The position numbers were made by a program, and so were the translations under genes. The notes under the pieces were generated by a model. It ran no database searches. It saw only the letters and a program-made list of their open reading frames with translations, and was not told where the DNA came from. A DNA stretch of 64,000 bases from Myxococcota bacterium (GTDB lineage: Bacteria; Myxococcota_A; UBA9160; PR03), in contig JBFIML010000018.1 in NCBI GenBank assembly GCA_041611735.1, forward strand, positions 2,353 to 66,352. Direction: 5' to 3'. This document shows positions 55,476 through 64,000 of the stretch, piece after piece. The first letter of the stretch is position 1, and each line of letters begins with the position of its first letter.

Positions 55476-56840
55476 CTATTCCTGGCTGACGGGTCCGAGC
55501 ATAGCACGCTCCGCCACCCGCCCGCCGGCCTCCAACACCGCGATGCTCCGAGCTGCGACCACCGCCTGGAAGGCCTCGCGGATGCGCTCCCGCTCGCGAC
55601 GCACCCGTTCGAGCAGGGCCGAGGCGCCCAGGCCGGGCTCGACCAACTCGGCCACCACCGAGAGCGCCCCCCCGTCCCGTCGCACGGCCTCCACCGGGCG
55701 GCCCGCATGCCAGCGCGCTCGGGCCTCGACGCGTCGCAGGAAGCGATACCCCTCCAGGAGCCCCTCGACGCGGGGTCCCTGCACGGCGTGGCGCAGCAAC
55801 GCCTCGATGCTCGGCACCTCGGGCAGCCCCGACCGGCCGCGCTCCAGCACGCCCCCTTCGGCCAGGAAGTCCATGTCCATGAGGCCCCCCGCTCCGGTCT
55901 TGAACTCCACGAGCTCCGGCCCGCCGCGCACGCGCTCCCGCTCCACCTGGCTCCGCATGGACTCCACCTCCGGCCAGGGGTCGCGCGTCGCCGAGATCAC
56001 CGCCTCGCGGGTGCGCTCGAGGACGGCCCGGGCCCGGCCGCTGCCGTCGGCCAGAACCCGGGCCCGCATCAGCACCAGGTGCTCCCAGGTGCTGGCCGCG
56101 TCGCGCTGGTAGCGCTCGAAGGCCTCCAGGGAGGTGACGAGCGTCCCCTGCTGCCCGGAGGGGCGCAGCCGGGTGTCCACGGCGTAGGCCACACCGGCCC
56201 CGGTCATGGTGGAGAGGTGCGCGATGAGGCGCTGTCCCACGCGGGCTGCCCGGGTGATCTGGCCCGGCGTGCCGGCGTAGAGGAAGACGAGGTCGAGGTC
56301 CGAGTGATAGGTGAACTCGCGGCCGCCGATCTTGCCCATGCCCACCACGGCCAGCGGGGCGTCGCCGGGCCCGGAGGCCACTTGCTCCTCGGCCACCCGC
56401 AACGCCGCCCGGACGATCGCCTCTGCCAGCCGCGAGAGGAAGGCCGAGACCGCCTCGAAGGGCACGAGGCCCGAGAAGTCCAGGCAGGCGGCCAGCAGGG
56501 TCTCTTCCCGTCGCAACAGGCGCAGCTCATCGAGCCAGGCTTCGAGGTCGTGGGCGTAGGCGAGTGCGGCATCCGCATCGAGCTCCGCCCCGCGCCGCTC
56601 CAGGTAGCCGGCGTCCAGGGCCGCCAGGCGAGCCAGGAGGCTGCGGCGGCGGGCCAGGAAGCCGGCCGCCTCCGCCTGGCTGGCCAGCAGGCGCGCGAGC
56701 CCCCGCACCACGGCCTCGTCCAGCTCCGCGAGCGCATCGCGATCGCCGCGCTCCAGCAGCGGCGCCGCCGCCTCGCGCCAGCGCCCGGCCAGGGGGGTCC
56801 CGGCCAGGGCCGCTTCGAGACGCTCCTCAAGCGTCGACAT
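55476..56840 (-). CDS. glnE: glutamine synthetase adenylyltransferase, C-terminal (AT) half as a separate ORF
   Basis: The nucleotidyltransferase motif is GMGKIGGREFTYHSDLDLVFLY, followed by DTRLRPSGQQG. The ATG at comp. 56838-56840 lies 11 nt before the stop of the upstream half. Confidence 0.85.
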   Translation of the reverse strand: MSTLEERLEAALAGTPLAGRWREAAAPLLERGDRDALAELDEAVVRGLARLLASQAEAAGFLARRRSLLARLAALDAGYLERRGAELDADAALAYAHDLEAWLDELRLLRREETLLAACLDFSGLVPFEAVSAFLSRLAEAIVRAALRVAEEQVASGPGDAPLAVVGMGKIGGREFTYHSDLDLVFLYAGTPGQITRAARVGQRLIAHLSTMTGAGVAYAVDTRLRPSGQQGTLVTSLEAFERYQRDAASTWEHLVLMRARVLADGSGRARAVLERTREAVISATRDPWPEVESMRSQVERERVRGGPELVEFKTGAGGLMDMDFLAEGGVLERGRSGLPEVPSIEALLRHAVQGPRVEGLLEGYRFLRRVEARARWHAGRPVEAVRRDGGALSVVAELVEPGLGASALLERVRRERERIREAFQAVVAARSIAVLEAGGRVAERAMLGPVSQE

Positions 56841-58239
56841 CGGACCCCGGCTCCAGGACCAGCGCCTCGAAGTGCGCCCGCACCTCGCCTCGCACCGCCG
56901 TCCAGTCCTCCAGCAGACGCGCCCGCGCGTGCTCTCCGCTGGGGTCCGCGTAGCCCATGCGGCGGGCCTGGGCGAGCTGCGCCGCCGGCTCGCGGGGAAA
57001 GCTCTGGGTCTGGCGCTCGTCCGCCAGCTGCAGGGCGTGCTCCGCGCGACGCAGCCACAGGTAGGCGTCGCGCAGGGCCGCCACCGTGGCCGCGGGCACG
57101 ATGCGCAGCCGCTCGAGCCCGGCCAGCGCCTCGAGCACGTTCCCCGTGCGCAGACCCCGCTCGCGCCCGCCGTAGAAGAGCTGCAGCGCCTGCACCAGGA
57201 ACTCCACGTCCCGGATGCCGCCTGCGCCCTCCTTCAGGTCGACGTCGATGTCGCGGCCGGCCTGGCGGCGTTCGGTCTCGATGCGGATCTTCATGTCACG
57301 CACGGCCCGCAGCACCTCGGGACCGATGGCGCGCCGGTACACGAAGGGCTGGGTGTCGGCCTCGAAGGCTCGCGCCGCCGCCTCCGATCCGGCCACGTGG
57401 CGCAGCCGGATCAGGGCCTGGCGCTCCCATTCGGCGCCGAAGTTCTCGTAGTAGTCGAGGGCTCCGTGGACGGAGTTGGCGAGGGCTCCGGTGGGACCCT
57501 CGGGACGCAGATCCAGGTCCACGCGGTAGGCGAAGCCCTCGGCGGTGGGACGCTCGAGCCCCTCCCGCAGGCAGCGGACCAGGCGCGCCACCTCGTGGTT
57601 GCGGGCCAGGTCCGCCTGGCCGAGCGGCGCCTCGTACACGAACAGGAGATCCACGTCCGAGGAGAAGTTGAGCTCGCGCCCGCCGAGCTTGCCGAGGGCG
57701 AAGAGCGCCGGGGGCGCCACGGCCGTCTGCTCCGCGGCAGCGCGCAGGGCCGCCACCAGGCAGCGGTCGGCGAGATCCGACAGCTCCCGCAGGCCCTCGG
57801 CGAAGGACCGACCGGCCAGGTCGCGGGCGGCGACGCGCAGGAGGCCGTGGTACTTGGCGCGGCGGATCGCCTCCCAGTCGGGCGGGGGCACGCGGCCCGG
57901 CGGCGGCCCGGGCGGATCGCCGACCAGGTCCTCCAACCAGTCCGGATCGCGCACGAGGAGCCGGGCCAGGAAGTTGCTGGAACCGAGCAGCAGCGGCAGG
58001 AGGGGCGTGCGCAGGGGGTCGAGGCGCATCCCGCGCCCGGTGCGATGCCGCTCCGCCAGATCCACCAGGCACTGGGCCGCGAAGCCGGGACGCGCGCTGC
58101 GCAGCAGGCCCGGCGCCCAGCGCGTGGCCGTGGACGCCAGGTCCGGGTGCCGGGCCGCCTGGGCCAGGGCTTGCGCGGCCCGCTCCGGCTCCGGCTCGCC
58201 GATCCGGCCCAGCAGCTCGCGCGCCGCCTGCGGGCGCAC
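56827..58239 (-). CDS. glnE: glutamine synthetase adenylyltransferase, N-terminal (adenylyl-removing) half as a separate ORF
   Basis: The motif is LGKLGGRELNFSSDVDLLFVY, followed by DLDLRPEG. The start is uncertain. I chose GTG at comp. 58237-58239 (VRPQAARELL...). The track ORF extends to 58587 through the upstream gene. Confidence 0.8.
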   Translation of the reverse strand: MRPQAARELLGRIGEPEPERAAQALAQAARHPDLASTATRWAPGLLRSARPGFAAQCLVDLAERHRTGRGMRLDPLRTPLLPLLLGSSNFLARLLVRDPDWLEDLVGDPPGPPPGRVPPPDWEAIRRAKYHGLLRVAARDLAGRSFAEGLRELSDLADRCLVAALRAAAEQTAVAPPALFALGKLGGRELNFSSDVDLLFVYEAPLGQADLARNHEVARLVRCLREGLERPTAEGFAYRVDLDLRPEGPTGALANSVHGALDYYENFGAEWERQALIRLRHVAGSEAAARAFEADTQPFVYRRAIGPEVLRAVRDMKIRIETERRQAGRDIDVDLKEGAGGIRDVEFLVQALQLFYGGRERGLRTGNVLEALAGLERLRIVPAATVAALRDAYLWLRRAEHALQLADERQTQSFPREPAAQLAQARRMGYADPSGEHARARLLEDWTAVRGEVRAHFEALVLEPGSDVDA

Positions 58240-58280
58240 CAGCGTCTCGGCCAGGGCGCCCCCGCCCGGCTCCCAGTCGC

Positions 58281-59042
58281 TCAGCGCAGCCCCCGCCGCT
58301 TGAGATGGTCGACCTCGTTGAAGTTCTGCAGCGACCACACGAAGCCGGTCAGGCCGAGCGAGCGCCCCTGGACCAGCGTGTAGGCGGCGAGCTCCGTCTC
58401 GAAGCGCATCCACTCCCAGGGCACCGGCGGCAGGTCCAGCAGATGGCTCAGGAGCACGGCGTTGGTTCCGCCGTGGGCGACGATGGCCACGCGCGGTGCG
58501 TGCGCGGCGCCGCTCCACACGGTGAAGTCGTCCTCGCGGCGGGCCCGCAGCGCGTGGCGCGCCAGGATGTCGCCCACCGCCTTGCACACGCGGGCGTGGA
58601 AGTCCCGGAAGCTCTCGCCGCCGGGCCAGCCGTCCCAGTGATGGCGCAGCGGGCGTCGCGTGGCGGCCCGGAAGTAGGCGTCCACCTCCTGCTGCGTCAT
58701 GCCGCCCACCCGGATGCCGATCTCCGCCAGCTCGTCCAGGGTGCGGACCTCGACCCCGAGGGTCGCGGCGATGGGAGCGGCCGTCTCCTGGGCCCGGCGC
58801 AGGGGGCTCGCGTAGAGCGCGTCGAAGCCCAGGTCCGACAGCGCCTCGGCCACCGCCTCGGCCTGGAGGCGGCCGCGGCGGGTCAGCCCCGCGTCGTCCA
58901 CGGCGGCGCCCCCTCCGGGCGTCCAGTCGGGCTCGCCGTGGCGGACCAGCACGATCTCCGCGGGGGCGTCGGCGCGCAGACGCTGCTCCCGGCGCGCCTG
59001 ACCGCCCGGAGGCGGGATCGCCTGGGGATGCGCTTCGTCCAT
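58281..59042 (-). CDS. histidine phosphatase (phosphoglycerate-mutase-like) family protein
   Basis: The true ATG is at comp. 59040-59042. Diagnostic segments are IVLVRHGEPDW (RHG motif), SPLRRAQETA and VAIVAHGGTN. Confidence 0.85.
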   Translation of the reverse strand: MDEAHPQAIPPPGGQARREQRLRADAPAEIVLVRHGEPDWTPGGGAAVDDAGLTRRGRLQAEAVAEALSDLGFDALYASPLRRAQETAAPIAATLGVEVRTLDELAEIGIRVGGMTQQEVDAYFRAATRRPLRHHWDGWPGGESFRDFHARVCKAVGDILARHALRARREDDFTVWSGAAHAPRVAIVAHGGTNAVLLSHLLDLPPVPWEWMRFETELAAYTLVQGRSLGLTGFVWSLQNFNEVDHLKRRGLR

Positions 59043-59201
59043 GCCCCCCCCCGTGCGCCAGCCGAACGCATGGTACCGGTCCGGCCCCGACGGCGCGCCC
59101 CGTCCCGTGGCGCCGCGGCGCGGCCCCGTCCTACGCTCCCGCCCATGTGCGGCCTCACCCGGCAGGCCTTCCGCGCGGCCGCAAGCCCGGGCCCCGGGCG
59201 G

Positions 59202-59221
59202 CGTCATGGCGACGTCATGGC
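59202..59221 (+). promoter_or_regulatory. direct repeat CGTCATGGC-ga-CGTCATGGC (11-bp period) upstream of the response regulator
   Basis: Two exact 9-mers lie at 59202-59210 and 59213-59221, 38-57 nt upstream of ATG 59259. The spacing is typical of OmpR/PhoB-family tandem half-sites. Confidence 0.3.
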
Positions 59222-59258
59222 CGCGCCCTAGCGTCTGCGCCACGGGGGACCGCAGCGC

Positions 59259-59960
59259 ATGAAGATCCTCTACGTGGAGGACGACGCCACCGCCCGGGCC
59301 TACGTGGAGCGCGGCCTGCGCGAGCGGGGCTTCGACGTGGATGCGGTGGGCGACGCCGAGAGCGGGGAGAAGCGCGCCCTCCAGGGCGTCTACGACCTGA
59401 TCGTCCTCGACGTCATGTTGCCCGACCTCGACGGCTTCGAGCTGCTGCGACGCCTGCGGGCCACGGACGTCACGAGTCCCGTCCTCTTCCTCTCGGCGCG
59501 CGGCGAGGTGGAGGACCGCATCCGCGGCCTCGAGCTGGGCGGCGACGACTACCTGCCCAAGCCCTTCGCCTTCGCGGAGCTGGTGGCGCGCATCCGCGCC
59601 CTGGCACGTCGCCGGCTCGGCGAGCCCGCTGACCCCCGGCTCGACGTGGGCGACCTGCGCCTCGACCTGCGCCGGCGGGAGGCCGCCCGCGGCGACCACC
59701 CCCTCGACCTCACGCCCAAGGAGTTCGTGCTGCTCGAATACCTCATGCGCCACGCCGGCCAGGCGGTCTCCCGCTCCATGATCATCGAAAGCGTGTGGGG
59801 CTGGGGGTTCGAGACCTATTCGAACCTGATCGACGTGCACATCAACCGGCTGCGCAAGAAGGTGGACGGGCCCTTCGCGTGCCGGTTGATCCACACCGTG
59901 AAGGGCTTCGGATACATGCTCGAGGAGCGCCAGGCGGCCGGCGGGACGGGCCATGCCTAG
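59259..59960 (+). CDS. OmpR/PhoB-family response regulator (CusR/CopR-like)
   Basis: The receiver domain shows ILYVEDD, LIVLDVMLPDLDG and LPKPF. The winged-helix output shows LTPKEFVLLEYLMRHAGQAVSR...IDVHINRLRKKV. Confidence 0.92.
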   Translation: MKILYVEDDATARAYVERGLRERGFDVDAVGDAESGEKRALQGVYDLIVLDVMLPDLDGFELLRRLRATDVTSPVLFLSARGEVEDRIRGLELGGDDYLPKPFAFAELVARIRALARRRLGEPADPRLDVGDLRLDLRRREAARGDHPLDLTPKEFVLLEYLMRHAGQAVSRSMIIESVWGWGFETYSNLIDVHINRLRKKVDGPFACRLIHTVKGFGYMLEERQAAGGTGHA

Positions 59961-61353
59961 CCGCCTCTCGATCAGCACCCGATGGACCGTCCGCTACACC
60001 GCCGCCATGTTCGTGACGCTTTCGCTCTTCTCGGGATACGTCTACTCCCGCGTGGAGCGGCGCATCGATGCCGATGCGCGCCTGCTCCTGCGCCTGCAGC
60101 TGGCGCTGCTGACGGAGACCGTGGAGCGCCACCCCGACGATCCCGGCGCCTGGAAGATCTCGGTGGACCAGCAGCTGGAGGCGACGCACCCGGAGCTGCG
60201 CTTCGGCGCCCAGGTCTACGACGAGACCGGCCGGCTGCTCCTGGCGGAGGGCAGCCTGGCCGGACGCGCCCTGCCCGTGCCCGAGCCCGGCCGGAAGGGC
60301 CACATGGAGCAGCTGGATCTCGGCGGGGAGACGCCGTTCTTCGTGGCGTCGTCGAGCGCCGGCGATCGCCGCGTGCGCGCCGCCATCGACTCGGCTCGCT
60401 TCGCTCAGAGCTCCGGACACATCGCCCGGGTCCTGCTGATGGGCCTCGGGCCCATGCTGTTGCTCACGGCGGGGGTGGGCTGGCTGCTGAGCCGCCGCAG
60501 CCTGCGGCCCATCGCCGAGATCACCCGCACGGCCCGGCGCGTCTCGGGGACGCATCTCGGCGAGACGGTTCCCACGCGGGGCTCCGGCGACGAGCTCGAC
60601 GATCTCGCCACGACGCTCAACGAGATGATCGTCCGCATCCGCGAGGGCATGGATCGGGTGCGTCGCTTCTCCGTGGATGCCGCCCACCAGCTCCGCACGC
60701 CGCTCGCCGCCCTGCGCAGCCAGATCGAGGTCACCCGGGCCCAGGAGCGGCCCCCGGCCGAGTACCGCCGGGTGCTGGGGGACCTGCTGGCCCAGGTGGA
60801 GGGGCTGGGAGAGACCGTGCACGGCATGCTGCGGCTGGCGCACTCGGAAGGCGGCCTCGTCGCGGCGCACCGCGGCGCGGTGGATGTCGGCGAGCTGCTC
60901 ACCGAAGTGGCCGGCTTCTTCGCCCCCCTGGCCGAGGAGCAGGAGGTCGCCTTCGAGCTGGATGCGCCCGCCGGCCTCGGCGTCTCCGGCGATCCCACCT
61001 GGCTGCGCCAGATGTTCGGCAACCTGCTCAGCAATGCCCTCGGGCACACACCCTGCGGCGGGCGCGTGCGCATCGAGGCGCGCGCCGAGGGTGCCGAGGC
61101 GACGGTCCGGGTACGCGACAGCGGGCCCGGCGTCGCCCCGGCGGACCGGGAGCGCATCTTCGAGCCCTTCGAGCGCGGGGCGTCGGCGCCGGCCCGCCCC
61201 GGAGCGGGCGTGGGGCTCAGCCTGGCCCGGGAGATCGCCCGGGCCCACGGCGGCAGCGTGGTGCTCGAGTCCGATGCGGGCCCGGGGGCGAGCTTCCTGG
61301 TGCGCCTGCCGCGCGTTCAGTCGCCCTCGCGTCCGGCCTCCGCCGCGGCCTGA
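59953..61353 (+). CDS. sensor histidine kinase (two TM segments, HAMP, HisKA, HATPase; CusS-like)
   Basis: Diagnostic segments are FSVDAAHQLRTPLAAL (H box), LLSNALGHT (N box), DSGPGV and GAGVGLSLAREI. The start overlaps the regulator stop by 8 nt. Confidence 0.9.
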   Translation: MPSRLSISTRWTVRYTAAMFVTLSLFSGYVYSRVERRIDADARLLLRLQLALLTETVERHPDDPGAWKISVDQQLEATHPELRFGAQVYDETGRLLLAEGSLAGRALPVPEPGRKGHMEQLDLGGETPFFVASSSAGDRRVRAAIDSARFAQSSGHIARVLLMGLGPMLLLTAGVGWLLSRRSLRPIAEITRTARRVSGTHLGETVPTRGSGDELDDLATTLNEMIVRIREGMDRVRRFSVDAAHQLRTPLAALRSQIEVTRAQERPPAEYRRVLGDLLAQVEGLGETVHGMLRLAHSEGGLVAAHRGAVDVGELLTEVAGFFAPLAEEQEVAFELDAPAGLGVSGDPTWLRQMFGNLLSNALGHTPCGGRVRIEARAEGAEATVRVRDSGPGVAPADRERIFEPFERGASAPARPGAGVGLSLAREIARAHGGSVVLESDAGPGASFLVRLPRVQSPSRPASAAA

Positions 61354-62696
61354 GGCGCGGGCGCGAGTTCGTCCAGGAACGGCTCGATCAGCCCGCGCGC
61401 GTCGGCCCGCGCCCGGATGCGCGCGCACAGGAAGAAGGTCCCGGCCAGCTTGCGATGCAGGAAGATGGTGGCCGGGGGCGGCGCATGCAGGAAGCCGCGC
61501 GCGAAGGCCAGCTCGAAGCCCGCCTCGCGGGCCCGCAGGGCCAGGTCGGAGGCCCCGAAGTCGTACAGCCCGCCCTTCCGCAGCGGCTCGCACACCAGCA
61601 GGATCAGGTCCAGGAGGCCGCGCACCTGGTCCAGCCGAGCCTCCGCCGGCACGAAGCCGATGGCGTCGGCGGCTTCCAGCAGACGGTCGCGGTCCTCCCC
61701 GAGCGCCGCCCGGAACAGCCGGGCGTATAGCGCCGAGAGACGCGGCTCGATCTCCCGGGCCGCGCCCAGGTCCAGCAGGGCGATGCGGCCCGTGTCGGGC
61801 TCGAGCAGGTAGTTGGCGAAGTTCGGGTCGGTCTGCATGAAGCCGAACTCGAACAGCTCCCGGAACAGCAGCCGCTGCAGGATCTCGCCGACGCGGTCCC
61901 GCAGCTCTTGCGGATGCTCGGGCCCGCGCAGGTCCTCGATGGGGAGCCCCCGCACCCGGTCCATGGCCAGGATGCGCGGGGTGGTCAGGTCGTCGTGGAC
62001 GCGTGGGACGAAGACGCGCGGCTCGTCGCTCACCAGCTTCGCATAGCGGCGCAGGTTGTCCGCCTCCGCCAGGTAGTCGGCCTCCTGGCGGAGCTGGCGC
62101 TTCGCCTCCGCCACGATCCCGCTCACGTCCAGGTTGACGGGCAGGATGCGGGTCAGGCGCAGCACGGCGGCCAGGTTGTCCACGTCGTCGTCGATGCTGC
62201 GAGCCACGCCCGGATACTGGATCTTGAGCGCGAGCTCGCGGCCGTCGGCGGCGACGGCAGCGTGAACCTGGCCGATGGAGGCAGCGGCGATCGGCTCGAA
62301 GTCGAAGCAGCGGAAGCGCGCCTCCCAGCCCTTCCGATATTCGCGCCCCAGCGCGCGCCGAACCTGGGAAGGCGGCATGGTGTCCGCCGAGGCGCGCAGC
62401 AGCGCCAGCGCCTCGGCGAACTCGGGCGGCAGCGTGTCCTCTCCCTCCAGGGAGAGCAGCTGGCCCAGCTTCATCGCCGCTCCGCGCATGCGGGCGAGTC
62501 GCTGGGCCAAACGCCGGGCGTTGGCTGCGGTCAGGAAGACGCTGGCGGCCTCGGACGCCCCCCGCCCCGCCAGGCGCCGGGCGCGCTCCGCCAGGCCGCC
62601 CGCGGCGAACTCGCCGGCCATCCAGCCGATGCGGGCCAGCCGCTCGACGCGTCCGGTGGGCACGCGCGAGCGGCGCGGGGGCGGTTTCGGCTCCAT
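61317..62696 (-). CDS. ABC1/AarF/UbiB-family atypical kinase
   Basis: Diagnostic segments are MKLGQLLS, IAAASIGQVHAA, LALKIQYPGV and FMQTDPNFANYL. Confidence 0.9.
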   Translation of the reverse strand: MEPKPPPRRSRVPTGRVERLARIGWMAGEFAAGGLAERARRLAGRGASEAASVFLTAANARRLAQRLARMRGAAMKLGQLLSLEGEDTLPPEFAEALALLRASADTMPPSQVRRALGREYRKGWEARFRCFDFEPIAAASIGQVHAAVAADGRELALKIQYPGVARSIDDDVDNLAAVLRLTRILPVNLDVSGIVAEAKRQLRQEADYLAEADNLRRYAKLVSDEPRVFVPRVHDDLTTPRILAMDRVRGLPIEDLRGPEHPQELRDRVGEILQRLLFRELFEFGFMQTDPNFANYLLEPDTGRIALLDLGAAREIEPRLSALYARLFRAALGEDRDRLLEAADAIGFVPAEARLDQVRGLLDLILLVCEPLRKGGLYDFGASDLALRAREAGFELAFARGFLHAPPPATIFLHRKLAGTFFLCARIRARADARGLIEPFLDELAPAPQAAAEAGREGD

Positions 62697-62750
62697 GGGT
62701 CTCCTCGCTGCGCTGCTGCAGAATAGCGACTGGTGTCCCGTCCCAGGACC

Positions 62751-63629
62751 CTAGACGCCTCCGCGCGGCCCGGAGGTGAACGCGACGCGCGCGCTGCGCC
62801 GCGGGGAGCGCGGCTGGCACCGGGGGCACCAGTAGGTGGCGCGGGCGCCCTCCCCGACCCTGCCGCCGGCCACCGGCGTGGCGCAGCGGCGACACGCCCG
62901 CCCGGTGCGCAGGTAGACCCAGAAGCGCGCATGGGCCGGCCGCGGCAACCGCTCGCCCGGCGCGACGGCGCGCAGCGTGGTGCGGCGCCAGCCGCCGAGG
63001 TTCTGGCGCAGCAGGCTGCGGCCGCAGCGGTAGAGGGCGGCGAGGGTGGCGTCGGAGAGGCGCTCCACCGGGGTGGCGGGGTGGACGCCCTCCAGGAAGA
63101 GCACTTCGCTCTTGTAGACGTTCCCGAGGCCGCAGGCCACGCCCTGGTCCAGTAGCAGGTCGGCGGCGGAGCGGGCGGCGCGACGCCGCGCCCGCCGCAC
63201 CACGCGGTCGAGATCCACCTCCGGCGCCAGCAGGTCGGGTCCCAGGCGGGCGAGCACCGGGTGTCCGGCCAGGTCCACGCGGCGCAGGATCTCGGCGCAG
63301 GCGGCGCGCGAGCACACGTACTCGTCCTCGCCGCACACGAGGCGCAGCCGGGCTGCGGCCGGCGCGCCCGCCCCCGGTTCTTCTCGCCGGAAGCGGTGCC
63401 AGCGACCGTGCAGCCCCAGGTGCACGTGGAGCACCCATGCCGATCGCGACGCCCCGGGGGTGCCGAGCCCCATCAGGAGGTGCTTGCCCAGCGGGACGAC
63501 CTCGTGGACGGTGGCTCCGGCGAGCGGCAGCCAGCCCCGATCGCGCAGCCAGACGCCTTCCACGCAGCGCCCCTCCAGAGCGGGCCGCAGCCGGGCGGCG
63601 AGCTTGTGGACCGTGTCCCCCTCCGGCAC
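62751..63629 (-). CDS. nei: Fpg/Nei-family DNA glycosylase/AP lyase (Nei2-like)
   Basis: GTG at comp. 63627-63629 gives the N-terminus (M)PEGDTVHKLAARL. H2TH is present (GLGNVYKSEVLF). The C-terminal zinc finger is CRRCATPV...YWCPRCQ. Confidence 0.88.
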   Translation of the reverse strand: MPEGDTVHKLAARLRPALEGRCVEGVWLRDRGWLPLAGATVHEVVPLGKHLLMGLGTPGASRSAWVLHVHLGLHGRWHRFRREEPGAGAPAAARLRLVCGEDEYVCSRAACAEILRRVDLAGHPVLARLGPDLLAPEVDLDRVVRRARRRAARSAADLLLDQGVACGLGNVYKSEVLFLEGVHPATPVERLSDATLAALYRCGRSLLRQNLGGWRRTTLRAVAPGERLPRPAHARFWVYLRTGRACRRCATPVAGGRVGEGARATYWCPRCQPRSPRRSARVAFTSGPRGGV

Positions 63630-63633
63630 GGCG

Positions 63634-64000
63634 TCAGCCGGCCTCGGCGCCGGCCCCGAAACCCTCGAGCTCCAGACCCGCGTAGCCGGGCCGGAAGCCG
63701 GCGCGCAGGAAGGGCTCGGCCAGCGCGGACTGGCGGGCCGGCTCACCGTCGATCTCTTCGACCCGCAGCCGCTGGCCCCGCCCCGCCCGGAAGGCGCCGC
63801 GCAGGGTTCCGAGTGCCCGCGTGAGCGCTTCGTGCGGATCGAGCGCCTCCGAGAGCACGAAGCGGTACGCGCGACGCCCGCCCCGCTCCAGGAACAGCAC
63901 GGGCTCGCCCTGCACGCTGATCACCGTGGCGCCCGTGGCGCGCCGCGGTGTCGCCCCGGGTGCTTGGGTCGGGGGCCACGGCAGGAGCGCTCCGTAGGGG
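63634..64000 (-). CDS. lhr: C-terminal end of an Lhr-like ATP-dependent helicase (5' part beyond the window)
   Basis: The frame is open to the window edge and reads ...PYGALLPWPPTQAPGATPRRATGATVISVQGEPVLFLERGGRRAY...VEEIDGEPARQSALAEPFLRAGFRPGYAGLEL. The stop lies 4 nt before the nei start. The assignment rests on C-terminal resemblance and synteny only. Confidence 0.5.
   Translation of the reverse strand, partial: PYGALLPWPPTQAPGATPRRATGATVISVQGEPVLFLERGGRRAYRFVLSEALDPHEALTRALGTLRGAFRAGRGQRLRVEEIDGEPARQSALAEPFLRAGFRPGYAGLELEGFGAGAEAG

Noticed and set aside
59842-63438. 1198-aa minus-strand ORF
   Set aside because: It is antisense to the response-regulator and histidine-kinase genes and out of frame relative to the same-strand ABC1 kinase and nei genes, all four of which have diagnostic motifs. 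Its translation is Arg/Pro/Gly junk.
1-64000. Search for CRISPR arrays, rRNA genes, IS transposases, and toxin-antitoxin or defence-system signatures
   Set aside because: No regularly spaced direct repeats, rRNA-like sequence, DDE/HUH transposase motifs or recognisable defence-gene motifs were seen on either strand.

Overview
This is a 64-kb window from a very GC-rich Gram-negative genome. Hand counts of sampled 60-nt lines give 44/60 to 49/60 G+C in core genes. The Gram-negative call rests on lptC-lptA-lptB, a TolC-like OMP, SecDF and PEP-CTERM proteins; the lineage cannot be determined by eye. I support about 55 protein genes, one tRNA-Glu(UUC) and several pseudogenes. Many six-frame ORFs, including the four longest (1018-1815 aa), are Arg/Pro/Gly-rich antisense or out-of-frame artefacts of high GC. 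Many track ORFs also carry spurious N-terminal extensions, so I re-set starts using SD sequences, 4-nt ATGA/GTGA start-stop overlaps and known protein N-termini. The core content is as follows. There is an RND efflux pair (adaptor + permease) followed by a polytopic membrane protein. A signalling cluster holds a receiver-HD-GYP protein, a V4R-STAS protein and a DUF4388-J-domain-TPR protein. A lipid/acyl-CoA neighbourhood contains ACAD, an APH-like kinase, enoyl-CoA hydratase and WS/DGAT. comEC is present, followed by a tightly coupled ispD-ispF-cysS-uvrB-uvrC string. A long minus-strand run reads lptC-lptA-lptB-rpoN-ptsN-hprK-rapZ-EIIA(Man)-ptsH-ptsI-metK-ahcY-spoIID-yajC-secD-secF. glnE is split into two ORFs. 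The window ends with a CusRS-like two-component pair, an ABC1 kinase, and nei2 plus the 3' end of lhr. The unusual part is a mosaic accessory segment (~6.9-14.4 kb) abutting tRNA-Glu. It holds a multiply frameshifted tyrosine integrase, fragments of a second comEC-like MBL gene split by a lower-GC insertion, a truncated epimerase and PEP-CTERM proteins. The insertion carries two translationally coupled paralogous secreted 8-cysteine proteins. Just outside this segment lies a secreted protein built from about nine Cys/Leu heptads. These secreted Cys-rich proteins are the best candidates for something undescribed. No CRISPR array, rRNA or recognisable transposase was seen. All family calls come from reading motifs by eye; no database search was possible.
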